Translations under genes and position numbers: made by a program
Source: Octopus bimaculoides
Lineage: Eukaryota
Reading direction: 5' to 3'
Length of the DNA stretch: 45,683 nucleotides
NCBI RefSeq assembly: GCF_001194135.2
Contig: NC_068998.1
Coordinates: 26,945,471 to 26,991,153 of the forward strand
In this document: positions 24,025 through 36,032 of the stretch, piece by piece
Layout: every line of letters begins with the position of its first letter
Numbering within the stretch: position 1 is the first letter of the stretch
The notes under the pieces: generated by a model
What the model was told of the DNA's origin: nothing
The model's database searches: none
Seen by the model: the letters and a program-made list of their open reading frames with translations, nothing else

Positions 24025-27000
24025 GCATAGACATTAAACGGCTCTCTGGAGGGTCAAATGAATGAACCTACTTATGGATATACTATCTTTTGAAGAGGCC
24101 TACCTAAGGGTCAGTGTAGAGAATCCGGTGTTGCATTTGCTCTCAAGAATTCATTAGTATCCTCTATTGCAAAATTTCCAAGTGGTATATCTGAACGAAC
24201 CATGTCATGCCGTATAAAACTTATAAAAAGTAGGTTACTTTCCGTTGTCAGTACTCATGCTACAACAATGTCTCATTCTGATGAAACTGTAGGACAATTT
24301 TCTGTAGATCTAGCGCAATTATTGAGGAAAGTACCAATTTCTGACAAGCTTGCCATATTGGGAGATTTCAACGCAAGAGTTGGACATGACTGCGTTTCAT
24401 AGTCTGTTTTAGGCCGACATGGGATTGAAAAATGTAATGTAATAAAAAATGGAATAGCTCTTTCGACGCTTTGTACTGAGAATAATCTGGTTGTTACCAA
24501 CACTCTGTTTAAGCAGAAAAATAAATATAAAACCACCTGGATGCACCCACGATCTAAGCGCTGGCATCTCATAGATTATACTTTGATCAGAAAACGTGAT
24601 ATGAAAGATGTTTCTAGTGTTCGGGCCATGAGAGGATCAGAGAGGTGAACTGACCATCGCCTAGTGCGTGGAAAAAAAAAAATTTTCGATAATATCTAAA
24701 AGTCGACAGTCTGGCCCTTGGAAATCTTCTTAGCCCCTTGTGGAGCATAGGGCCGGTTTCCCGGTTTACATGGCGTATGTGTTCCCCGCTAGCTGGACGG
24801 GACGCCAGTCCATCGCAGCTTTTTACTCAAGAAATAGGAAGAAAGAGTGAGAGAACGTTGGGGCGAAAGAGTACAACAGGGGTCGCCACCACCCCCTGCC
24901 GGAGCCTCGTGGAGCTTTTTAAGTGTTTTCGCTCAATAAACACACACAACGTCCGGTCTGGGAATCGAAACCGCGATCCTCTGACCGCGATCCTCTGACC
25001 GCGAGTCCGCTACCCTAACCACTGGGCCATTGCGCCTCCAGTCTGGTCCTGAGCTACCCAAAAAGTTAAATGTTGCAAACTTTAAATCATCAAGCAACTT
25101 GCAAAGATTCCACGATGCTATAGAAAGTATCAATCTTGACCCAAACAATCTATGGAAAGATTTCAAAACAAAAATATTTCAGGCTGCAAGTTCGTCAGTG
25201 GAATTTAAATCTCATAAGTCCAGTGACTGGTTCTCAGATAAAGCAGTAGAAATTCTTGATCTACTTTTAGAAAAACAAAACTTAGGCAATAGACTTCTTT
25301 CTCAGGCCTTGAACCCCAACTCAAAACGAAGCTTACAGAAAGTTGAAAAGGAAAGTGCAGACTGCTCTGAGGAAAATTAAACAGGAATGGTGGAATGATA
25401 GAGCAAAGGGGTACAAGAAGCAGCTGATAAAAATGATGCCAAGGGTTTGTACTCTTATGTTAAGGAGGTATATGGCCCAAAATCTTCTTCAATAGCTCCG
25501 GTTAGAACAGCAAATGGACGTTTGCTTCTGACTGACATTGCTTCTGTTCATAAGCGTTGGGTAGAACATTTTTCTGTACTTTTGAATAGACCATCATCTG
25601 TTGACATGAGGATGATAGAAAAAATCGAACGCTTTCCAGTTATAGAAGAGATGGCATTTGAACCAACTCTAAATTACATTTATTTAGCTGTGAATAAGCT
25701 GAATAACAATAGGTCTCCTGGGTCTGATGGAATCGGTGCAGAAGTCTAGAAATATGGGGATGACAAAATGTTTGAACTCTTAAATATATTAATTTGTCAC
25801 TGTTGGAGAACTGAGAAAGTGCCTCAAGACTGGATTGAAACCATTTTAGTCTCCTTGCATAAATCGGGGCCAAAGGATCTGTGTGGTAATTTTCGTGGGA
25901 TTTCGCTCTTGTATACGGTTGGAAAAGTAATTGCTCGCATTCTGTTAGAACGTTTAAGTACCTTCATAGTTCCACATATGGTGTCTGAGTCTCAGTGTAG
26001 TTTTCACTCCTCTAGGGGTACAGTTGATTGTATCTTTACTATCATACAATTTCAGGAAAAGTGCATTGAACAGGATCTTGCCTTATAACATTGCTTTGTT
26101 GATTTGAGCAAACCATTTGATACTGTTAATCGAAATGCTCTGTGGCTAATACTAAGTAAAATAGGTTGCCCATAAAAATTTGTAAACATGATCAGAGTTT
26201 TACATCAAGATATGAAAGCTAGAGCTAATTTTGGTGGAAGGCTCTCTGAATCTTTTGCCGTGGAAAATGGAGTAAAGCATGGAGACCTTGATGCACCTAC
26301 CCTCTTTGCAATATAATTTGCCGTTGTGTTTTCACGCGCTTTTCAAAACTCCGAGGCGGGTATTTACATGAAATATCGAACAACAGGGAATGTTTTTAAT
26401 CTAATCAGACTGAAATTCAAAACGAAGGTTTTTACTTCGCGCAGTAGGGAACTCTTATACGCTGACGATTGCGATCTAGTCAGTCATTTTGAAACAAGTC
26501 TGCAATCTTTTGTATTCGCATTTGACTCAGATTGTAATGATTTGGGCTTGAACATCAACTTGAAAAAAACAGTTATAATGTTTCAACCTGCATGTGGCAT
26601 TGTTTGTAACCCGCCAAAAGTTTTGTTAGGGGTAAGTTACTTGAGGTTGTTGATTCTTTCATCTACCTTGGAAGTTCTGTACAAAATGATGGAAATCTGG
26701 ACGCAGAAATACATCTACAGCACAAGCATTTGGTGGTTTGGAGTTACACGTTTGGCGCCAACAACATATAAATAACAATATAAAATTGGCTCTTTACAAA
26801 TCATTTGTCTTACCATCCCTGTTGTGTTCTTCTGAAACATGGAGATGTTATGAAAGACATTTCAAATTGTTAGAACAATTCCACCAAAAATGCCTTCATC
26901 GCATTTTAAACATTAAACGGTATTCTTTTACTCCAAACACAGATGTCCTTGCGTCCGCAGGCATCATCTCAATTAAAGAAATGATTCTGAAAAACCAAAT

Positions 27001-27622
27001 GAGATGGTGAGGCCATATTGTTCGAATGACGGATGAACGCACACCCAAACAGTTGTTTTATGGTGAGCTTGCAGAGGGGAAACGCTATCGGTGTAAACCT
27101 ATAAAAGGTTTAAGGACGGCATAAGGACTACCATGAAGTCACTTGGATCCAGAGAACATGACGAACAAAAGTGTGGAGTGGAGTGAAAGCGTTTGAAGAG
27201 GCCAGGATAACACATGCAAGACTCAAGAGAGATTTAAAGAAGAATGTTACGACAGAGAAGGTGAATCACAATGACCTTTTTGTGCGCAGTTTGTGACAGA
27301 CGATGTCTTTCTTTTAATGGGTTCAAATCTCATCTGCGAACCCAAGGAAAACGAACCGCCACCAACTATTCTGCTTATATGTCTGTGTACATCTTTCAAT
27401 GCAATGTATGCCAGAAGATCTGCAAGTCTAACGGAGGCCTCGAAAGACATTTTAAGATCCACAAAGATCAGAACTTAACTGCAGTTCTTGGTAGTCCAAA
27501 TCGGATACACGGGTGTCTTTTCAAACATTGACTGGTTTAAAAAGCCACATTAGATGATTCTAAGGTGTAGGTACAGGAGTTGGTCAAACTCTGCATAAGG
27601 AGTAGACAACTACCATGTATGT
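24025..27622 (+). mobile_element. Near full-length decayed RTE-clade LINE (APE + RT + C-terminal C2H2 fingers)
   Basis: APE: LAILGDFNARVG, TWMHPRSKRWHLIDY, TDHRLV. RT: SPGSDGI, NFRGISLL...GKVIARILLERL, FVDLSKPFDTVNR, GVKHG, LLYADD. Many stops and frameshifts; 3' end ...actaccatgtatgt. Confidence 0.93.
24719..25038 (-). mobile_element. tRNA-derived SINE, body A + tail X, inserted in the RTE
   Basis: Head tggaggcgcaatggcccagtggttaggg; flanked by cagtctgg(c/t)cct at 24707-24718 and 25039-25050 (12-bp TSD, 1 mismatch); 14-bp tandem duplication in the head. Confidence 0.9.
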
Positions 27623-27639
27623 CATTATTCAGTTTTATT

Positions 27640-28272
27640 TGACTTGCCGTGTCCCCAAAGCATGTACCGAAAGTGATAAAAATCAAACATCCATGATGTT
27701 TGAAATGATCACCAGTGCTGGCGACGTTATGCTTCCATTCATCTTCCCACACGGCCTCATACTCAACACGGAGGCCTACATCAAGTGCATGGAGGAGGTA
27801 GTGCTGCCCTGGATCAAGAGGATAGTTGTTGGAAGACCCTATGTCCGGCAACAAGACTCTGCAACGTGCCACACAAGCAGGAGAACCCAGTCATTGCTGT
27901 CAGACAGTTTCTGTGACCACATCACCCCAAACATCGGGCCACCTAACTCCTCAGACTGCAACCCCCTTGATTATTATGTGTGCGGCGCAGTTGAGCGAGA
28001 GACCAACAAAACTCCTTGTAACATCAAAGATGAACTGAAGGCAAGGATTATGGCAGCATTCACCAACTTGAACAAGGAGAACGTCCAGAAGAGTTGCAGG
28101 AAATTCCGAAGTCTTCTGGGGGCTATGGCTGAAGTCAATGGCAATTTTATTGAATAAATATTTACTCTTTAGTATTTCAAGATATTTTTACATAAGTTTG
28201 ATAAATATATGTTAAAATGAGATGTCAGTGTTATTTTCATTTTTGCGTAATTTAGATGACAATATATTCACT
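27640..28272 (+). mobile_element. maT (DD37D) Tc1/mariner 3' fragment with right end
   Basis: QQDSATCHTS...PPNSSDCNPLDYY: 37 residues between the second and third catalytic Asp; terminal ...cactgcaccctctgt. Confidence 0.88.
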
Positions 28273-28413
28273 GCACCCTCTGTGTGTGTATATATATAGA
28301 GAAAGAGAGCGAGGGNNNNNNNNNNNNNNNNNNNNNNNNNNNNNNNNNNNNNNNNNNNNNNNNNNNNNNNNNNNNNNNNNNNNNNNNNNNNNNNNNNNNN
28401 NNNNNNNNNNNNN

Positions 28414-28427
28414 ACAAACAGGCGGGC

Positions 28428-28512
<85 letters not shown>
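28414..28512. repeat. (GACA)n/(GATA)n microsatellite
   Basis: Seen directly. Confidence 0.95.
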
Positions 28513-28514
<2 letters not shown>

Positions 28515-29271
28515 GAAGCTCTACTATTATAATTTGACTCCGTTAAACAGCGGTTTTATTCAGTTTTGTGTAATATTAAATGGTGAAGAGGTAAATCTTA
28601 CTTTGACTACATCGGTGATTAAAATTAGAGGTATAATACGTCCTTGCCAATATCTGCGTAAATTGAATAAAGAAAAATTGATTTCATCAATGTGGCAAAG
28701 TGCAGTATGAACCCACGTCTTTTGATGTGGCTGGCATTTACTTGTGGAGAGTTTTGGATGCTGGAATGCTAAACAATAATGAATTGATAGTGTTAAGTAA
28801 AAGTAGTGTTCGTCCCGAGAGCTCACAAGAGCAAAAGAAATTGAAATTACAGTAGTGTTAGATCAGAGAAAATATATAGATTGAGGCTGCCTAAGGAGAA
28901 GGTAAGATATGGCGTGGGGAGAGACTCCCGATAAAATTGGTGAGCTTTATATCTTACATTTGGGAGCATGTGGAACGATATGTTGCATCATTTAAATAGA
29001 TTTTCTTTCCAGTCAAAAGCACCAACTCCAGGGATTTGCTTTCTTCTTATTTAGATAAATATATTCAATCACCTATAGGTGTATAAGAACTGAATTATGT
29101 TCAAATACCGGATACAGTTCTCTACATGGTCTCAATGGTATGGACACAAATTTCGCACGTCAAATTTTCTTACATATAAGCTCTAACTTTTAAGACAGCC
29201 TCAGAACATATTTGCTTAGACATGTGTGCGTGTTTGCTTGAGTGTGCATTTGTGTATGTGTGTGAGAGGAG

Positions 29272-29325
<54 letters not shown>

Positions 29326-29576
29326 TGCGTTTGTGTGTATGTGTATGTGTGTGTTTCATGTGCTTTCATATACTTGTCCACATATTTATATGTATATGTA
29401 TGTTAGTTTCAAATTGCTATACATTATCTTAACTTCTCTTGCACTGAGTTTAACGTAAGTGTTGAACTCAATACAAGAGAAGCTCCGTAAATTAGTTGGA
29501 AGTATATCTTAGAAATTAAAACAATAACCTATATTAGCATTAACAACCAGGATAATGCTGCTATCGAAAATAACAC

Positions 29577-29609
<33 letters not shown>

Positions 29610-29702
29610 TGTATGTATGTATGCATGTATGTATGTATGCATGTATGTATGTATATTTCTTAAAACATAAAAAACAGACATATATACATATATATATATA
29701 TA

Positions 29703-30679
29703 NNNNNNNNNNNNNNNNNNNNNNNNNNNNNNNNNNNNNNNNNNNNNNNNNNNNNNNNNNNNNNNNNNNNNNNNNNNNNNNNNNNNNNNNNNNNNNNNNN
29801 NNNNNNNNNNNNNNNNNNNNNNNNNNNNNNNNNNNNNNNNNNNNNNNNNNNNNNNNNNNNNNNNNNNNNNNNNNNNNNNNNNNNNNNNNNNNNNNNNNNN
29901 NNNNNNNNNNNNNNNNNNNNNNNNNNNNNNNNNNNNNNNNNNNNNNNNNNNNNNNNNNNNNNNNNNNNNNNNNNNNNNNNNNNNNNNNNNNNNNNNNNNN
30001 NNNNNNNNNNNNNNNNNNNNNNNNNNNNNNNNNNNNNNNNNNNNNNNNNNNNNNNNNNNNNNNNNNNNNNNNNNNNNNNNNNNNNNNNNNNNNNNNNNNN
30101 NNNNNNNNNNNNNNNNNNNNNNNNNNNNNNNNNNNNNNNNNNNNNNNNNNNNNNNNNNNNNNNNNNNNNNNNNNNNNNNNNNNNNNNNNNNNNNNNNNNN
30201 NNNNNNNNNNNNNNNNNNNNNNNNNNNNNNNNNNNNNNNNNNNNNNNNNNNNNNNNNNNNNNNNNNNNNNNNNNNNNNNNNNNNNNNNNNNNNNNNNNNN
30301 NNNNNNNNNNNNNNNNNNNNNNNNNNNNNNNNNNNNNNNNNNNNNNNNNNNNNNNNNNNNNNNNNNNNNNNNNNNNNNNNNNNNNNNNNNNNNNNNNNNN
30401 NNNNNNNNNNNNNNNNNNNNNNNNNNNNNNNNNNNNNNNNNNNNNNNNNNNNNNNNNNNNNNNNNNNNNNNNNNNNNNNNNNNNNNNNNNNNNNNNNNNN
30501 NNNNNNNNNNNNNNNNNNNNNNNNNNNNNNNNNNNNNNNNNNNNNNNNNNNNNNNNNNNNNNNNNNNNNNNNNNNNNNNNNNNNNNNNNNNNNNNNNNNN
30601 NNNNNNNNNNNNNNNNNNNNNNNNNNNNNNNNNNNNNNNNNNNNNNNNNNNNNNNNNNNNNNNNNNNNNNNNNNNNNNN
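29703..30679. other. Assembly gap (N run)
   Basis: Largest of nine gaps; others at 7195-7374, 8709-8739, 10885-10950, 28316-28413, 31174-31955, 36459-36468, 40104-40113 and 44336-44396. Confidence 0.99.
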
Positions 30680-30711
<32 letters not shown>

Positions 30712-31047
30712 TAATAATAATAATAAACCATGGATGTAATTTATAAATATTTCAATGCATCGCTACGCACGTTTCCACATATCACATGTTTCTTACAATC
30801 ATAATCCGTATTCCTGGGATGATTACGGTACAGTTCGTAGTATCCATGGACATCGGATGGATCATATTCATGCGGTCATATCACCTGAAGAAATGAACGC
30901 ATGAATATGATCCACCCATGTTCATGGATACTACGGACCTCACTGTAATCATCACGGGAATACGGACTATGATCTTAAGTAACATGTCATATGTGGAAAC
31001 GCGATGCATTAAAACATAAATTACATTCATGGATTATTATTATTATT
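30712..31047. repeat. Diverged fold-back (MITE-like), ~150-160-bp arms, 23-nt spacer
   Basis: 30712-30874 is the imperfect reverse complement of 30898-31047 (about 85% identity plus 3 indels); arms end in (TAA)n/(TTA)n. Confidence 0.9.
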
Positions 31048-32045
31048 GTTCAGTAGTTTTATTTTTATGACGTGCTTTCACTTCACTACCGAACGCAGCT
31101 CTGTGTGCCTTGGGTATGTGCTGTGGTTTGCTGTGATACTCTTATGGTTACTGTATTGAAAGTGTTTTGCGTANNNNNNNNNNNNNNNNNNNNNNNNNNN
31201 NNNNNNNNNNNNNNNNNNNNNNNNNNNNNNNNNNNNNNNNNNNNNNNNNNNNNNNNNNNNNNNNNNNNNNNNNNNNNNNNNNNNNNNNNNNNNNNNNNNN
31301 NNNNNNNNNNNNNNNNNNNNNNNNNNNNNNNNNNNNNNNNNNNNNNNNNNNNNNNNNNNNNNNNNNNNNNNNNNNNNNNNNNNNNNNNNNNNNNNNNNNN
31401 NNNNNNNNNNNNNNNNNNNNNNNNNNNNNNNNNNNNNNNNNNNNNNNNNNNNNNNNNNNNNNNNNNNNNNNNNNNNNNNNNNNNNNNNNNNNNNNNNNNN
31501 NNNNNNNNNNNNNNNNNNNNNNNNNNNNNNNNNNNNNNNNNNNNNNNNNNNNNNNNNNNNNNNNNNNNNNNNNNNNNNNNNNNNNNNNNNNNNNNNNNNN
31601 NNNNNNNNNNNNNNNNNNNNNNNNNNNNNNNNNNNNNNNNNNNNNNNNNNNNNNNNNNNNNNNNNNNNNNNNNNNNNNNNNNNNNNNNNNNNNNNNNNNN
31701 NNNNNNNNNNNNNNNNNNNNNNNNNNNNNNNNNNNNNNNNNNNNNNNNNNNNNNNNNNNNNNNNNNNNNNNNNNNNNNNNNNNNNNNNNNNNNNNNNNNN
31801 NNNNNNNNNNNNNNNNNNNNNNNNNNNNNNNNNNNNNNNNNNNNNNNNNNNNNNNNNNNNNNNNNNNNNNNNNNNNNNNNNNNNNNNNNNNNNNNNNNNN
31901 NNNNNNNNNNNNNNNNNNNNNNNNNNNNNNNNNNNNNNNNNNNNNNNNNNNNNNATATATATACGCATACAGATATACAGATATATATTGACGCACGCAC
32001 ATGCATGATTATTGATTCACACACACATCTGCACACCTGTGTATG

Positions 32046-32077
<32 letters not shown>

Positions 32078-32441
32078 CGTATAGTGGATTATCTTGTGTG
32101 CTTAGATGTCTGACGGCCCAACAACCAACATTATAGCTGTGCTAGACTCCCCACACGGATGATTTGTTTTCAGTGGTAAAGGCTTGTTTAGGATCAGCTT
32201 CCCTTTTTGAGAAATGTTGAGATCAGAAAGTTGGTGCAAATATTTTCCAAAAACTGAATGAACAAACCTCAGGCTTTTCAAATGGAGTTCGCCATCCCGT
32301 GGGTTAGTTACCTTCACCAGAGTTTAGATTTCAAACTACCCTGGTAGACCTAAAATAGAGTTATAAATATTGTGTGAATATCTTAAATGAAGAATTATGA
32401 TTTTTATATACTAATTAATTGAGACCAGTGTCCTGATCTGT

Positions 32442-32690
32442 GGAGGCGCATGACTTAGCAGTAAGAGTATTGGACACATGATCGTAAAATTGTGGTTTCG
32501 ATTCCTGGACCGGGTGACGCGTTGTGTTATTGAGTGAAGCACTTCATTTCACGTTGCTCCAGTTCATTCAACTGGCAAAAATGAGTAATGCAGCGATGGA
32601 CCGGCGTCCCGTCCAGGTGGAGAATATATACGCCCTGAAACCCGGAAACCGGCCCTTATGAGTCGGTATAACTCGAGAAAGTAAATTTGC
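32442..32690 (+). mobile_element. tRNA-derived SINE, body B + tail X
   Basis: tggaggcgcatgacttagcagta...gtttcgattcctggaccggg...gcgatggaccggcgtcccgtccagg...gaaaccggccc. Confidence 0.85.
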
Positions 32691-32935
32691 TTTTACCTAA
32701 GTGTCTTGATCTTAGTCACTTTATTCACAATGATTCAATCGTTGTACCCTCTTACCTTCTTCAGTTACCTGTATATAGTATTCAATGACATTTTCAGAAT
32801 TTGAATGAAATATTTCTTTCAGTCTACAGGGATGAATTTTTTTTCATTTGGTTATCCATAGCGAAATATTTTCGTATTGTTATTCTCGTACTTTGTGATA
32901 CCGCTTGATCATTTCGCATGAACTAGAATAAATAT

Positions 32936-33520
32936 AGATTGAATACGTGAGTCAGGTCCGAGCACATGGTATCACTAATAAACGAGACTACCTCAAGTAT
33001 GGCCAACGAATTGAGAACATTCTGCCCTTTGGTTTAAAGAAATGCTTCAGTTCAAAATTCTAGGAATATTACCAAATGCAACGAGACACTTGAAGAAGAG
33101 CGATAAATACATCTGAAACATTGTGAATATAACAACCATAATGAGAACACAACTTTCTTTATATTATCATGTAATAAACTTACGAATACTTAATTACCTA
33201 GGCACTGTACACTACACAAATGAAAGAAAAGAGGTTAATGAAAGGAAACAGGATAATATATACCGATCCTCCAGATTGAGAGAATACATAAACAGGGAAC
33301 ACACATACAAGCATAACATAATTAGAACTTCTATAGAATACGTATTATACCAATGCCGTGAAATATCAACAGGAGAGGTGGTATAAACATACGACAAAAC
33401 GGTCTCAGACAATGACAAAGTGACCGATTTGGGTGATATACTACTGCACATAGACAAATTGACCAAAACAATTCGATCGGATATTGTGAAGAAACCTTCC
33501 TGGTCGAAATAGCTATCTTA
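32936..33520 (+). mobile_element. Possible decayed Penelope-like element relic (GIY-YIG C-terminal half + pLTR-like motif)
   Basis: RLNT*VRSEHMVSLINETTSSMA and FKILGILPNATRHLKKSDKYI resemble GIY-YIG segments of PLEs; tgaagaaacc-ttcct-ggtcgaaa at ~33489-33510. Confidence 0.4.
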
Positions 33521-33611
33521 AAAAGAATAGAGAATTTATCCAATATAATCTATATAGGGATAACCAGAGTTTGGGATTTGAAAACAAAAATAAGGAATTG
33601 TATTAATATAA

Positions 33612-33830
33612 TAATAGTTTCAACTTTTAGCACGAAGCGGCAATTTCGGGGAAGAGCGTAAGTCCAATTCATCGGCCCTAGTGTTCAACTGTTACTTATT
33701 TTGTCAACCCCAAAAAGATGAAAGGCAAAGTCAATTCGCTGGAATTTGTAATCAGAACGTAATGACGGACGAAATAGCGCTAAGCAATTTTTCCGGCGGG
33801 CTAACGATTCTGCCAGCTCGTTGCCTTAGC
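33612..33830 (-). mobile_element. OR2-like SINE
   Basis: caaaaagatgaaaggcaaagtc...aacgattctgccagctcgttgcctt. Confidence 0.8.
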
Positions 33831-33844
33831 AATAATCCTTTCTA

Positions 33845-34048
33845 CAACAGGCTCGAGGCCTGGAATTGTGGGAAGTGGAGTAGTCGGTTGTATCGATTCC
33901 AGTACACAACTGGTACTCATTTGATTGACCCCCAAAGGATGAAAGGTAAAGTCGACCTCGGTGGAATTTGAATTCAGAATGTGAAGACGGACGAAACGCC
34001 ACGAACCATTTCGCCTGGAACGCTACCAATTTTGCCAGCTCACCGCCT
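33845..34048 (-). mobile_element. OR2-like SINE (part of the inverted duplication)
   Basis: ggatgaaaggtaaagtcgacctcggtgg...gccagctcaccgcctt. Confidence 0.85.
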
Positions 34049-34349
34049 TTACTGCCTTAGTAATAATGATAATATTAAAGATATGAGCAATGCTTACATC
34101 CATATGGCTAAGATCAGATCTTAGCTTGTCTCATGCAGTGTCGCTAGCTTAACAATGTCTTAACATATCATTCTGCTAAGTATGGCGGAATGATGCACTT
34201 ATCAATACTTTTTATCTGAAAATTGCAATTTGTAGTCGATTTGTTAGTTCTAAAATCGTTTTTACACCTCAGGAAAAAAGGACGATGGGTTGGCAGATTG
34301 ATTAGAGCGTCGGACAAAATGTTTTGTGGCATTTCGTCCGGTTCTTTAC
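33908..34349 (-). repeat. Right copy of the ~450-bp inverted duplication
   Basis: Reverse complement of 20313-20762. Confidence 0.92.
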
Positions 34350-34500
34350 ATTGTAGTTTTAAATCTCATCGAGATCAACTTTACCTTTCATTCTTTGAGA
34401 TCAATAAAATAAAGCACTAGTCAAGAACTGGTGTGAACGGTATCGATTAACTTCTACCCCTCAAAAGTTCTGGCCTTCTACCTAAATTAGAACCAACTGT
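34286..34500 (+). mobile_element. OR2-like SINE
   Basis: gggttggcagattgattagagcgtcggacaaaatg...ctttcattctttgagatcaataaaataaagcactag. Confidence 0.75.
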
Positions 34501-34534
34501 TTCTCTATTAATGGTTGTGGACTGATGGTGTCAG

Positions 34535-34715
34535 CAGAACGTATGTATTTCTTCGGGCATTTTGCGTCCTGGGTTTAAAATCCCACCGAGGTCAACTTAA
34601 CATTTCAATCCTCCGAGGTCTTGATAATATCGTACTAGTCAAGTACTGGGATCAGTGAGGTCGATTAAATTCCTCCTCTTAAAATTGTTGATCCTTTGCC
34701 TTAATCAGAAGCAAC
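34535..34715 (+). mobile_element. Decayed OR2-like SINE
   Basis: cccaccgaggtcaacttaacatttcaatcctccgaggtcttgataatatcgtactag. Confidence 0.6.
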
Positions 34716-35769
34716 CGTTACTTCTCAGATACAAGTAGTCAATCTATAGTTGATTAATTTGAATAATAAAACGGCTCCACTCCAGTGGAATCAATAATGA
34801 ATTACAGAAATGGATCAGAGCAACATAACGCAATTCTTTCTTTCTTTTCTTTTTTTTTTTTTTTTTTTTTTTGTAAATTTCAAAACCAGCTATTATCAGC
34901 AATATTATCTTAAGAAGCTATAAAATATTTTTGAAGAAGCCAAACTGTCTTATCTATAATACAATTCTTACATTCAGCAGTATGAGTCATAATTAAAATT
35001 CTTATTATATAATCTACTAGTATGATAGCAGAATTGATTTTCTTTCTTATGCTGACATGAGTAATATTAGCCAGATAAAGTAGGAAGTATGCAACGATAG
35101 AGAAGAAGTGGGAGGGAGAGTGAGTGCAAGAGGAGGGAGAATAAGAGTAAGAGATGGAGGAAGAGAGAGCACGAACAGGAGAACAAAGTTGTAATTGTTA
35201 TAATTATGATACCAAGGTGACGACCGATCTAGACTCCAATCTTAACTTAACAACGTCGATGCATATTAATAATGATCTGATTCTTTATATAAAATATACA
35301 AGATATTACGATATAATTAGCGTGACTATCTACAACAGAGCAGATGCTGAAAAATTAACTCATAACTTAAGTCTCTGCACAGCAACCCTATGTTTGATTG
35401 GATAGTTTTAGTCTATTTATAATGCTGAGGATTGGGAAAACTCAAGGATAAAGTTTTCTTCTTGATCGAATTAGTTCTGACAACAGTCATCTCCTAGAAA
35501 ATGTTTTCAAGACCAGTTCGGCAGAATTCCTCCCAGTTAGTAAAAGAAATTCTCCTTCGAAGAATATAAGGTACAGGCGGAAGGAAAATATGAATACCAG
35601 CAAAGCTATTCTTTTGAATAATGTATCCATAGTCTAATAAAGCAAAAATTATATAATATTTCAATACGAACTTAACAGATAAGTTTTAAAAACTCAGTCA
35701 AAACCTCCAAAATCTATCTGCTAACATCGCCGACGACAACACAACAGCAACAATAAAAAAGAAATTATT

Positions 35770-35975
35770 TCTAATATATGCACAAGGCCTGAAACTTGGG
35801 AGAATGGGCAAGTCGATTACATTGACACAAGTGCTTAACTGATGCTTATTTTATCGACCCCGAAAAGAGGAATAACAAAGTCGACCTCGGCGGAATTTGA
35901 ACTCAGAACGCAAAGACGGACGAAATGACGCAAAGCATTTTTCCCGGAGTGCTAATGATTCTGCCAGCTCGCCAA
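35770..35975 (-). mobile_element. OR2-like SINE
   Basis: ttttatcgaccccgaaaagagg...aaagtcgacctcggcggaatttgaactcagaacg...gattctgccagctcgcc. Confidence 0.88.
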
Positions 35976-36032
35976 ATTGATAATAATAACCATAATAATA
36001 ATATCAATAATAACAATAATAATAATAATAAT

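Noticed and set aside
24950-25038. tRNA-like A/B boxes here and in other SINE heads
   Set aside because: They continue into SINE bodies and lack a complete cloverleaf; not tRNA genes.
29529-32136. The longest ORFs in the track (274-400 aa)
   Set aside because: Made of N runs (X residues).
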